Source of the DNA: Camelus ferus
Lineage: Eukaryota
DNA: 64,000 bases
Assembly: GCF_009834535.1 (NCBI RefSeq)
Contig: NC_045696.1
Span: 8,806,001-8,870,000, forward strand
Direction of reading: 5' to 3'
Within the stretch, counting starts at the first letter, position 1. Each line of letters begins with the position of its first letter. Below are positions 1 through 11,549 of the stretch, in pieces. Made by a program: the position numbers and the translations under genes. The notes below the pieces were generated by a model, which was not told where the DNA came from, made no database searches, and was given only the letters and a program-made list of their open reading frames with translations.

Positions 1-869
1 TTTGTCTCCACTCTACATTTTCAAACTATTTTCTGCTAAACAATGTAAATATAGAGAGAATTTTGTACTTAACAAGATGCAACGTCTTCACCATAATCCT
101 CCTTTAGGTAGAAGTAAATATATTGTCATCAAAAAGATTCTTGATCTGCAATGAATTTATCTTTGACATTGAATTGTGAAAATGGGAAAAGAATGAAAAA
201 TATCCACACAAGTTCATACAAGAGGACCATCATCGTCTGTAAATATTTTTATTGTCTTCCAAGTCTAGAAAAATATATGGAATCTTTAAATCAAAGTAAT
301 TTCAAAATGGAATTTGGCCTGAAAAATCCCACTTTTAAGGACTTATTCTAAAGGAATAAATAAAGATATACAAAAACATATTCTTAAAATGATATTCCTT
401 GCAGAATCTTTTATAACAACCAAAAAATGATCTCTTCATACAGAAAAATGTTAATAGATATTAATAATTCTTTTGGAGGACCTCAGTTATATATACTACA
501 TATGTAACTATATGTAAAGATGTTCACTATTGACTTAATACAGAGGTATTTCACAATACTATGTAATAATTTATCAGAAAAATATTCTTTAAATTAGTCA
601 TTTTCGTATCATATGCTATCAATTAAAAAAGGGGTTTTAGAGCAACTTTTAGTATGGAGGCTACACGTAGTTTACAAAAGCAACAACAATTAACCTTTAG
701 ATGAAGTTCAGTCTTCCAAGGGACATGATCAATTTCACATTTCGGCTGTTGGGAAACGACTTGGTTAGTGTACTGAGCAGCTGTGGTTCACTTTTGGCGT
801 ATCTGTTAAATTAAGTAGGTACTTCACAGGACATTTCTAGAGTCCTGGCACTTTGAGGTCTTTGGTTTC

Positions 870-1570
870 TTCGTCAAGGAGGAGGGTGTAAAAGCTGCTC
901 AGTGGAGAGCGGCACCTGGAACATAGCAGTCCTTGGACGGATGCTGAGCAAATGAATGGACGACTGCATTTGTGCAAGGGTGACCATGAAGAAATTTGGC
1001 AAATTTTTGGTCATCCGTTCATTTAAAAGAATTAACTGAGCACCTCCTCTGTTGAAGTGCTGGGGATACAGGTATCAGAAAGCACTGTTCCAGAGAGGCA
1101 GTGGGGTCTAGTGTGGGTCTGATCAGATCAGATTATCTTAATATAAATCAGATCACCCTAATAAAAGATTATGAAGAAAAAATTTATAGAAAGATTTGTG
1201 TAGGAAATTATGGGAGTGCTGAGAAAGGTGAGGTGATCAACTTGTCCTGGTTTGCCCAAGATTCTCTTAGTTTTAGTGCTAAAAATACAGAAACCTCTTC
1301 CCAGCCAAACTGAGCTGGTTGGTCATCTTAGAAAAGGCATCTAACCCAGCCCTGGACTTCTGGGCTGAATCTTCAAGTCAGGGAAGGACAAGCATGGCCA
1401 GGCTGTGTTGTACGTGGAAGGTCAGTCAGAGTGAGGGTGAGGGGCGGATTCCAGGCAGAGCACAGCGTGCTGAAGGAACCAGGAGGCACTCCTAACATGG
1501 CTTGAGTGTTAGTTGAGGGGGGTGGAGCTGGGGAAAGACAAGTCCATGGGTGACCAAGGCCTGATCACAG
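870..1570. mobile_element. Tail-to-tail L2 fragments (+ 3' end ~870-960; - copy from ~1010), interrupted by a MER81-like element
   Basis: Typical degenerate L2 3' end 'ggcacctggaacatagcag...aatgaatgga' and the reverse form 'ttcattt...actgagcacct...gtgctggggataca'. Confidence 0.55.
1229..1330. mobile_element. MER81/MER94-like hAT-Blackjack MITE
   Basis: Terminal inverted repeats 'tgaggtgatcaac'/'gttggtcatctta'; interior 'gtcctggtttgcccaag...ttttagtgctaaaa' matches the recalled consensus. Confidence 0.7.
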
Positions 1571-1592
1571 AGGCTGGAAGGACTTGTGTGAG

Positions 1593-2036
1593 TGTGCAGC
1601 TTGTTAGGGCTGCTGTAACCAAGCACCAAGCGCTGAGTGGCTTAAACAACCGGAATTTATTCTCATGGTTCTGGAGAACAGAGGTTGTAGATCAAGGGGT
1701 CAGTAAGTTTGATTCCTTCCTAGGCTGTGAGGGAGAAACTGTTCCAGCCCTCTCCTCTCGTCTAGTGGCTGGTGAAAGACTTTGGTTCCTTGGCTTGTCG
1801 AAGCATCAACCTGATCCTTAATTTCATCTTCACACGATGTTCTCTGTGTGTGTGTGTGTGTGTGTATTAAAATTTCCCCCTTTTAATAAGGATACCAGTC
1901 ATAATGGATTTGGGTCCACCTAATGACTTTATTTTATCTGCAATGATCCGATTTCCAAAGAAGCTCACATTTGAAGCTACTGGGAGTTAGGGTTTCACCA
2001 TGTGAATTTCTGGAGGATGTAATTCAACCTGCTACA
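1593..2036 (-). mobile_element. MLT1 (B/C-like) MaLR solo LTR
   Basis: 'agggctgctgtaaccaagcacc...ggcttaaacaac...atttattctca...ttctgga' to 'aattcaacctgctaca'; near-TSD gtgag/gtggg. Confidence 0.85.
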
Positions 2037-3498
2037 GTGGGGATGGAATGAAAGAGGTTGATTGTGGACACCAAGCGGTCTGGTGCCTCCTGCCGAGGGA
2101 ATCTGTTGTCATCATTGGTTCACAGCAGCAGAGACCCCAACAGGGCAGGGGTAGATCCCACTTTAGTCCAGCAGACCCACAATAAGGGACACAGTTGAGC
2201 CCTGGGAACAGGGCCTGACATCACCCAGTCCTCTGGCGGCTGATCTGAGAGGGGCTGACCCCCATGTGGACAGTGAGGGGGGCAAGGGGCCAGGCCCACC
2301 TATTCCTGTCAGCAAACACGGTGTCTGTGGAGATCTCTCTTCGGTTAGGAGGAATACACTGGGTAAGATACAACCTACAAAAATCACTCATGGTCCAGAG
2401 GAAACACATGTCATTCTGAGGAACCTAGCCCGAGGAAGCCTTCTAAACACTGTTTACCAAGGTAGCCAAAAGAACGTAATTTGGCAATTGGGATGCAAAG
2501 ATATGTGGTCACTCTGAAACAGCAGCTGAGGGCTGTGCAGAGATGACAGTGACATAAACAGATACCTAGATGGAACAGGAAGGGTGAAACAGAGGAGGAG
2601 CAGCTTCACCACAGGCTGCTCACTGCAGAGTCAACGCTGCAGAAAATAGCATTTCGAGTTCTCCCAAAACACTGACCTTGAGGACACACGGAAGAGAAGA
2701 ATGGAAGAGAAAATAAAAGGCAAGGGGCCAAAAAACAAAGATTTCACATAGAATCATGATTATTTATGACAAAAAGCCAGGCTAGCTGGAAAAGAAGACA
2801 GTTGAAGAAAATATTCTTCATCTGAACAGAACACACAATTGTAAATACACTTAGGCTCTTTTTCATCTATTATGATTGTCCATTTAATTTTCATAAAGCT
2901 GCCATCATACTTAACGAGTGTGTTGTTTCTTCTCCCCTTAACACTGTACATGAGCATTTCCCATGTCACTAGAGATGTGACGAGAGATTTTTGGTGACCA
3001 CGTGTTATTTCCTCATCTGACTACACTGTCATATGATAATTTAAGCATCCCATAATTTTATTTTAAAATTTGGCTTTTTACAAATAATGCTGCAGTGTAT
3101 ATTTTTATTTCCCAATTGTTTCCTACATCACACATTATTTCCAGAGAATCATTTCCTAGAAGTCAAATTATTAGGTCAAAGGTCATGTAAACCAGAGGTT
3201 CCCAGACTTTAAGATTCCACAGACCAAGACATTAAAAAAACAGACAAAGGACCAAAATAGAGTTGTCTCCATTTTATTTTGCCAAGTAAGTCTATTAAGG
3301 AAAAAAGCCAATGGTATCGCATGGTTATTCATGCCAGAGAATATATTTTACACCAAAAATTTGAGAGGATACAATCTCACAATAGACGATTAGCTTTAAG
3401 CTGAATCATTTAGTTCCATGCCAGGCTCAGTATGCTGTCTTTATTATTTTTAACTTTATTCTCTGCTAGTGACGCTTCGGTCATGAATGAATGCTCAC

Positions 3499-3542
3499 CC
3501 ATCGGTGGGCTCCTTGGAACCGCTGAGGAGACGGCTCTGTTT
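3499..3542 (-). other. Candidate 44-nt internal exon (gene not identified)
   Basis: Minus strand reads cacattgcag|AAACAGAGCCGTCTCCTCAGCGGTTCCAAGGAGCCCACCGATGG|gtgagc; retains CpGs in a non-repeat context; open in all three frames. Confidence 0.4.
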
Positions 3543-3769
3543 CTGCAATGTGGCAATGCACTGTTTGCTACTTTGAATAGATAATGAACTTCAATTTTCC
3601 TCTTTTGCATTGTTACACATTCTGTGGATGGGTGGATTCAAGTTAAATATGCCAACTTGCATTATTTTTCATAGTCCTGAAGGCATCACTTTGTTGGTAA
3701 TCCCCAGTGCAGACTGGACTTTATGTGTTGCTGGGAAGGACCCCTGTCTTTTGAGTGGCGTACTGAGGA

Positions 3770-3990
3770 AGGTGAGTGCTCTGGAGCGGAGGCTGAAGGC
3801 TCAGGCTCTGTATCAGAGAGACCTGGAGTCAAATTCTACCGCTTCCCTGTGGTGCGGCAAGCCTGCGGGGACATGTCGTGGGCAAACCTGAGTGTCCTCA
3901 TCCCCAAATCTGGGGCTGATTGTATTTAAAAAAAAAAAATCAACCAAATCACTTAGTGCGGTACCTTGCATATTCTAAGTGCTTTGATAA
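3770..3990 (+). mobile_element. MIR SINE
   Basis: 'gacctggagtcaaattct...gggcaaacctgagtgtcctcatccccaaat...cacttagtgcggtacct' MIR core pattern. Confidence 0.65.
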
Positions 3991-4041
3991 ACTTTACATA
4001 GTCTTTCTGCAAATTTCTACTTGTTTTCAAATACTATAAAT

Positions 4042-4368
4042 CAAAGGGTGTTAAACTCTCTCCCCCTAGGGTCGGATAGAAAGTGTTTTAGGCTCCCTGG
4101 GCCCTGGGGTCTCTGTCACAACCATTCAACTTGACCTCTGCAGCATGACAGCGACCACAGTCAGTAGGAAACCAGAGAGTGCAGTTGAGTTCCAATAAAA
4201 CTTTATTTATAAACACTGAAATTTGAATTTCAAATATTTTTTGTATGCTTTGAAATCCTCTTTGGCTGTGTTTTTTCCCCCCCAACCATTTAAACATATA
4301 AAAACTATTCTTAGTTCAAGGGCCATACAAAAACAGTTGGCCCTGAAAATCATAGTTTGTCTACCTTG
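4042..4368 (+). mobile_element. MER58B hAT-Charlie DNA transposon
   Basis: 'gttccaataaaactttatttataaacactgaaatttgaatttca...ccatacaaaaacag...tagtttgtctaccttg'; flanking 8-bp repeat actataaa at 4033-4040 and 4369-4376. Confidence 0.85.
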
Positions 4369-5050
4369 ACTATAAACCATAAGGGTACGTTAGAAAAATT
4401 GTATCCAGTGGTTCTTCTGTGAATAACACATTTACTTGTAAAATAAGGCTAAAGATTAAAAATAGTTCTTTTGAAAGGAAGGTTTTAAAAACATTACCCT
4501 GAAGTATGGCAAGAAGAATTGTGGGATTGTTTTAGGTATAAAAATTCTGATTTCCCCTCCTAATCCATGGAGCAGATCTGAGGCCCAGCAGGCAGTGTGA
4601 ACTCCTCCGGGTCACCACCAGCTCGCCCTGGTTGCAGTGAGGACTGACAGGGAACGTTTCTGACTTCCAGCCTGGTGTTCTTTCTGCGGCCCGAATCCCA
4701 TGATTTTATAACTTCATAGTTAGCTAGACACTGAGATTTTTATTCTTCAATGAAAAGCTTATTTAAAACTTTGTTCCCCTGAGAAGAAAAGATAAACAAT
4801 AATTTCACATGGTAATTTTCCAAATTTCTGTACCATATCTACATATCCAAACACAGCTGTATGAAGGCAGAAATTGGCTTCAGGCAAAGAATACGCCTGT
4901 TTACCCTGGTTTTCGAAGGCAACGTGTGTATTTGGGCAATGAAATGTACTGTGTGACCTCCTACTCCACTACAAAACAAATTAAAAGAACCCTAAAACTA
5001 ATAAAAACCCCAAAACACAAAAAACGAAAACAGTTGTTAACAATGTTCCC

Positions 5051-5523
5051 CACAGACATAGAAAATAAACCTATGGTTGTTTACCAAAGAGGAAACAGGG
5101 TAGAAGTTCGAGATTTGCAAATGATAACCACTATATACAAAATTAGATTAAAAACAGATTTCTTCTGTATAGCACAGGGAACTATATTCAATATCTTGTA
5201 ATAAACTTTAATGAAAAAGAATATGAGAATATTTGCATGTATATGCATGTCTGGGACATTATGCTATGCACTGCAACAGAAACTGATGCATTGTAACTGA
5301 CTATACTTCAATAAAAAATTTAAAAAAAATACTGTACTTAAAATAGATAAACAACAAGTTTCTTCTGTATAGCACAGGGAACTATATTCATTATCTTGTA
5401 ATAACCTTTAATGAAAAAAATATGAAAAGGAATATACGTGTGTACATGTATGACTGAAACATTATGCTGCACACCAGAAATTGACACAACATTGTAAACT
5501 GACTATACTTCAATAAAAAAAAA
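5051..5523 (+). mobile_element. Two head-to-tail young L1 3' ends (artiodactyl/camelid type)
   Basis: Repeated 'ttcttctgtatagcacagggaactatattca...actgactatacttcaataaaaaa'; each copy ends in AATAAA plus an A tail. Confidence 0.85.
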
Positions 5524-5985
5524 GGACTTCAGTCTCTTAAGCATTGAAAAAAAAATCTACCCCTTTGTATTAATTCAAAAGAGACCCCAACAAAGTTCTG
5601 ATTTGTTATGATGATTATGTCAGTGCTTATTTGAGATATCAAATATGTGATTCTGAAAAAAGCCCCAAACAATGGTCTCTATTGGCTCTCCATTTGAATG
5701 GTAAGAAAAGAGAGAGAGAAATTTCACATTTCAAACAAAAAAATACATACTTACTACTGACTAGTGAATTCCCTCACCTCACAATAAGAATTTTAACTGA
5801 ATGACATCTTGGGCAAACAACTAAGACCTCTGAGTCTTTGATTAAAATTTAATTTATTTTATATACTTATTCTTGAAGCTTCGGAACTGTCCTTGCACCG
5901 GTACGAAAACTCCAAAAAAAGATTATAGATTATCTAAATTTTTCTTCTCTGTGTTTTCTAGTTTTTATGTAACGTGTGTACTTAC

Positions 5986-6009
5986 ATGTCTATAACTCTG
6001 CAGCAAAGT
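5986..6009 (-). other. Candidate 24-nt micro-exon
   Basis: Minus strand reads ttgttcttcattttcttgctctttcag|ACTTTGCTGCAGAGTTATAGACAT|gtaagt: long polypyrimidine tract, consensus donor, length a multiple of 3. Confidence 0.45.
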
Positions 6010-6102
6010 CTGAAAGAGCAAGAAAATGAAGAACAATGTATACTGTATGCATTTAAAAATTCTTTTTTTTAAAGAGTCATTTATTACAGAACCTTACAGA
6101 AC

Positions 6103-6400
6103 TCTACTGTTCAGTATAGTGTCTACTATTTACATTGACATATGACTGGTCCAAATCGAGATGTGCTGTGAGTAAACATACACACTAGATGGCAAAACCT
6201 TGGGAAGGAAAAAAGAATGGAAGCTATCTCATTCATATTTTTATAGTGTTTATATGTTGAAATAACATGTTGCCTATATTGGGCTAATAAAAATACATTT
6301 TTAATACAAATTTCATCAGTTTCTTTTTACTTGGTAAGTAGAGCTGCTGGAAGTTTTTCAGTTGCCCATAGGAGTTGCACATTTCTACTGGACAGCACTG
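6103..6400 (-). mobile_element. MER33 hAT-Charlie DNA transposon
   Basis: 'gtccaaatcgagatgtgctgtgagt...atgttgaaat...atattgggctaataaaata...tttctactggacagcactg' matches the reverse complement of recalled MER33. Confidence 0.8.
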
Positions 6401-7409
6401 TCATTGCCGCTAAGTTGTTATAGACTATGTCTTTTGGGTGATTCTTAAAAACCGCTAACAGTAGTTAACTCTAGAGTGGGGAGTCAGGGGAGTTGAGGAG
6501 GTATGGAGGGAGACAGCTTTTAGCATGTCCTCTTCTGCTTTTATATTTTTCCACATGCATTTATTACTTATTTAAGAGCTAAATGGTTTTTAACATAGTA
6601 AAAATTAAAATGAATTCAGAAAATCTCTATAAATTATTGTCACTGTTGATCAGAACTTTGGGGTTTTTTTCCTTTACTGTCCAAAAAAATAGCTATCAAT
6701 GCATGCTATTTCTTGTTGCCAGTTTGTGTATGTGTGTGAGTGTTTGTGTGTGTGCACGCATTTATATGTGCATGTGGATGTGTGTGTATTTGAAATGTTT
6801 TCTTCAGGACAGAATTAGATTTGATTGGCTCAGGGCCTTACTCTCTCATATATTAAAAAAAGTAAGTTTCATTTAGAGAATGGAATAATATTTTTGTGGG
6901 GAAAATTAAAACACATTCCTAAAATATCCTGAATTAAGAGGAAGACTGTTAATAGAGTTTAAAACCCTGGCTTGGGACTCATCTTCCACAAAGGATGTAA
7001 CTTAATGATCCTGTGGTCATTTAAAACAACAAATATTTTTTTTCACTGACATAAAAATATAATTGTTTGCTTTTAATATAAATTCAGTTTTCTGTGCTCT
7101 TAAATCAATTACAAAGCAAAAATCTTTAAAAATTAAACTTTATCTCCACTAACTGAGACATTATTCAATAAATTATAGCCAAAGATCAAATTGTGTTAAT
7201 TTCACAATTATCAATTTTATTACTAATCATCTGATTTATCACAGTCTTAAAACACAGTTAAATTCTAAAAAACTACTCTCAGGACTAATTTGTGTTCAGT
7301 TAATAGCTTATTTTTCTAGCGCTATGAAGTGTGATAAATTACATAAAACTCATATGTTAAGACTCTACTTACAGCAATATCACTCTTTAGAATTAGGTTA
7401 AACCAAATG

Positions 7410-8118
7410 TGTGATATTGTGATTTATAATAAGAAATATATATTTGATTTTCATCCCTTTTCCTGAGGAAAACCTTTGGAATTTCCTGTGATTAGAACAA
7501 TAAGGGTGTAAGGAACTATTTCATTATTCATAAAAAGCAACTTTTAACCACACTTGAGTTTATCTTAATGAAGTAGCTTTGGAAAGTCCGCAGGTAACCT
7601 TCTGATGGGGGCTGGTTGCTAGGGGAACCAACCTCATGATTGAAGGATTGGGACTTTCAACCCAATCCCCTCCACACCTCCAAACTCCGGGAAAGGGAGA
7701 GGCGCTGGAGGTTGAGTTCAATCATCAATGGCCACTGATTTAGCCAATCATGTCAATGGAAAGACTTCATAAAAATCCCTGAGCTACAGAGTTCAGAGAG
7801 CTTACAGGTTGGCATATCTTCACGTGCCAGGAGGGTGGTGCATCCTCAACTCCACTGGAACAAGAACTCCTGGGTTTAGGATCCTTCTGGGCTTTGTCCT
7901 ATGTATCTTAGCCTTTACTATGCTTTGTAATATACCAGTCACATAATGAGGAAACTGGTTTCCTGAGTTTTCTGGGCCACTCTAGCAAATTAATTGAACC
8001 CAAGGAAGGGATCGTGGGAACTTCTGATTTGTAACCCACACACACGGCATCAGAAGCGAAGTGACTTGTGGTCACAGTGTGAGAGTAAAGGAGACACAGG
8101 AGGAGTTTTTCCTTTACA
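7410..8118 (+). mobile_element. MER21B-like ERVL solo LTR
   Basis: Starts 'tgtgatattgtgatttataataagaaatatatattt'; contains 'ggggctggttgctaggggaaccaacc' and 'ccactctagcaaattaattgaacccaaggaaggg'; ends 'tttttcctttaca'. Confidence 0.85.
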
Positions 8119-8509
8119 GCATGAAACTGCTCTTATGAGACCAGCTTTGTCTACCAAAATGTCTTTTTATGACTTACTGACGTCTCATCGCTTCCCCTTT
8201 ACTGTGTATTGGAAAATAACCTGTGTTCTAAGAACATGGGCCACTATTTCTTTATATATTTTAATTAGCCACTTTTCTCGTGCATCTACTTCATACTTCA
8301 ACAAAAATTGGTGTTCTCTTTTAGCAGGTTTGTTCTTCCTGTAAACAGTTTCCAAAGTGTTGAACAATGTGCTCTCTTACCTTGTGGTCCTCAGAAGGTC
8401 ACTCTTTCAGTTGTTGAAATAATTTAGCTGCTTAGTAACTCTGCTTCCCAAATCCTCAGTGTAAAACTGACTTGTCAATTTCAAAATATCATTTAAAAAA
8501 TAGCCTCAC

Positions 8510-8894
8510 TGTCTTTTTTCAGCTTGGGCTGTCAAAATATGACAAGACTGGGTGATTTAAATAACAGAAATTTATTCCCCACAATTCTGGAGGCTGGAAG
8601 TCCAAGATCAAGGTACCAGCCACTTTGATTCTTGGTGAGGCTTCTTTTCCTGGCTTGTAGACAGCCACCTTCTTTTTGTATCCTTATATGATGGTAGGGA
8701 GGAGGGGAGGCACTGAGTGTAAACTCTCTGGTGTCTCTTCTTGTAGGAACACTAATCCCATCATGAGCGTCCACCCTCATGACCTCATCTAACCCCAATT
8801 ACCTCCCAAAGCCCCATCTCCAAATACCATCGAATTGGGGTTACAGATTCAACCTAGGAATTTGGGAGGGACACAAACATTCCAGTCCATAACA
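8510..8894 (-). mobile_element. MLT1A0-like MaLR solo LTR
   Basis: 'aacagaaatttatt...ttctggaggctggaagtccaagatcaagg...ccaccctcatgacctcatctaacc...cagtccataaca'. Confidence 0.9.
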
Positions 8895-9039
8895 GCCACC
8901 AAGAAATAAAGAAAAAAAAAAAGAGAGAGCTATCTCTTTTATGCCACTCACCATTGCTTTGTAAATACTTCCAAGACAGAAGAATCTTTTTTAAAAATTA
9001 TGTATTCATACATTCATTTATTTAAGAAATACTTACCAG

Positions 9040-9470
9040 GTTATAGTCTGGCTCCAGTCTGCCTCTCATGGAATCTGTCGTCTTTCCTTCTGCTCATTGC
9101 ATCCTTACTTCTGGGCACAGAAGCTCATTTTCTCTTCTCCCAGGCATCCAAGCATTGAACTTTCAGGTTGTTCTTCCCCATCCTCTGCCGCACTTGCCTC
9201 ATATACTAGCTGCCCCCCTGATCATCTTTTAAGGTCCAACTCAAAGAGCACCTCTTCTATGAAGGGCTCTCCACTTCCCCATTGAAGACCAGCCCCCGAC
9301 CCTTGCTTCCCTCTGCATGTTGTTCTGCTTTCCCCTCTACCACTAGACCCTGTGGGTGCTGTTCACATGTCTTCCTCCTATTAGACTATCCACTCTTTTG
9401 GGTAAAGGATTTTAACACAGTGTCTTACACGTAGTGGAAGCTCAGTGAAGGCAAGTGGAATGAATGGTTA
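9040..9470 (+). mobile_element. L2 3' end
   Basis: 'caactcaaagagcacctcttctatgaag...ttagact...acacagtgtcttacacgtag...aatgaatg'. Confidence 0.6.
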
Positions 9471-11549
9471 CTGGAAGTGTTATAGCGACCAGGGACCATG
9501 GGCTCAGTCCTGTGGGTTTATGTGGGTTCAAGGGGCCATCACACAGAAGGTAAAGATTCCTTAAATGCATGTGATGACTAGATAGTAGGGGCTGAGGGCT
9601 TCTGGAATTTTCAGAAATTCCCATCCTAAGAATTTGTGGTTCTAGGTAAGCCCACAGATTTCCAGGGAAGACAGCACGCTCTGATGCAAGGCCAGCCTGC
9701 AGGCTGACCCAGTGAGAGATCTCTGCTCCAGCCTGGGGGTCCTATACCCGCAGGTAGACAGTGTATCTGTGCTCTGGCTTTTGTAAATTTCTCTACCACC
9801 GCCCCTGCCCCCTTTGTCTTTTTTTATCTGTTGGTCCAACACTTTCTAGAATTACGTCAATTTTATCACAACTTTGTGAGCCTCCCTGGGAAAGAATTTT
9901 TAATCAGAATGTCAGAATTTTCTTTCCACGTTGGCACAAGCCTATGAATTTATGAAAGCCAATGAGGTCGTTGGATTTGTTTGATACAATTTTTTTCAAA
10001 GCTAGCCCAGCTTGGATGCATATATTTCTTATATTATGGTTAGAAAAGGAACACTCATGTTGAAAGGAAAAGGAAGACTCCATGCTTAACACCAGAAAAT
10101 CAGCAAATACAGAAATAAAATATATAAGGCTGTCACAAGTAAGGGCTGATTCATCCGATTGGAGGCAGAAGGAAAATGAACATTCACTAAACTGTAATAC
10201 TAATGGCAGTTCAGGCTTGCTTAACAGTTAGACCTTGAAAAGCTTTGAATTGTATGTTTTAGGGATAAAAAGATTGTGAACTCCCTTCTCTTGCTTAGAG
10301 GGGGAAAAAAAAATCTCATGATTCCTTAATGTTTAGCTTCCAGGATTTGCAGGCTACATCAAAATGATAGTTTTTTATGCATTAATGTTTATATAACTGC
10401 TATTTTTACAGACATTGAAATTACAGAGAACAGCAATTGTTGAGGGGAAAAAAAGCAGTATAAATAAATAGAAGCTAGAATTTTCCCCCTTCGGAGGTAA
10501 GCTTTTGCTATTCCGAGCACGGAATACGTGTGCTATTTGAGTGAGGTTGTTCTTCGGGCCAGCAAAACACGTTTCCCCCAAAATAAAAATGCCGCACACG
10601 AGCACGAGGACATACAGTAGGCTAATGAAACAATTTTTAATCCTCTGAAAGTGGGAAAACGAATAATATGTTTTTATTTTGGGGAGTTGCATTGGCTGAT
10701 ATTAGCTAGTTCTCATTTTCAGAGGGGAAAAAAACTAAGCAGGAAGAATAAATAAACAGAGTAAATTTCACATTGTGTGTCCTTGGCTCGAGTGCAGTGT
10801 ATATCCCATGTTATTGGGTAGCTTGAGGTTTTAAATCACAAAACACATGTTTGGAGATACCATATTCTGTCTGTGACTCCTGGATGGGTCTGTGACGCAA
10901 GGGTGCGGTGGGTCCTGAGGGCAGAGGGTGTGGGCTGGCGGGGATGCTGTGAAGTGAGTCTTGGCAGGGTACCCACTCATCCTTTTGCCTAGATGAACCC
11001 CAGCTGGGGCCAGTTGTCTTTGGGGTAACTGCTTCTATCTCCTCTTTACTGGATGGAAAATGTGATGGTTACCACTAACTCGGGTTAAGGATGGAGGGGA
11101 GGCATCCAGCTTAAGCCTCCATAACAGGTCTCAAGTCAGCTCGAGGAAAGGCAGTAATAATGCTCCTTGGCACGGACAACTGATGCTTTCTTGATCTTCT
11201 AGAAAATGTGACTAGTAACCCTTTCTAACCAACTTAACTATTTTTCTTGATCTGTAACTTTAAAGCAAAAACATTGTGCTTGATGTGCAAATACAACGCC
11301 AATAAGGCCTCTTAGCCTCCGCTTACGACCCCGCCCCAGCCACCTCCATTAGCCATTGGGCGGCTCCTAAATCTCACTTCAGTATCTCTGTAGAAACCCT
11401 GTGGTCTTCACTGCCAAGAACTCTCCTGGAAAGGGCATGACTGAGGAAGAAGGAGCCTGGCCTAGGGATGAGGCCAGCTAGAAGAAAGGAAGGGATGTAG
11501 GAGTTTCCAGGGATGTGACGAGAAAAAAGTAGAAGATTTTGAGGATGAG

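Noticed and set aside
4809..5201. 130-aa ORF
   Set aside because: It runs through A-rich sequence and an L1 3' UTR, so it is repeat-derived
9036..9070. Minus-strand ATG...CTG|gtaagt (MRGRLEPDYNL) as a first coding exon
   Set aside because: It lies at the edge of an L2 fragment and is out of phase with the best frame of the exon chain; likely a chance donor
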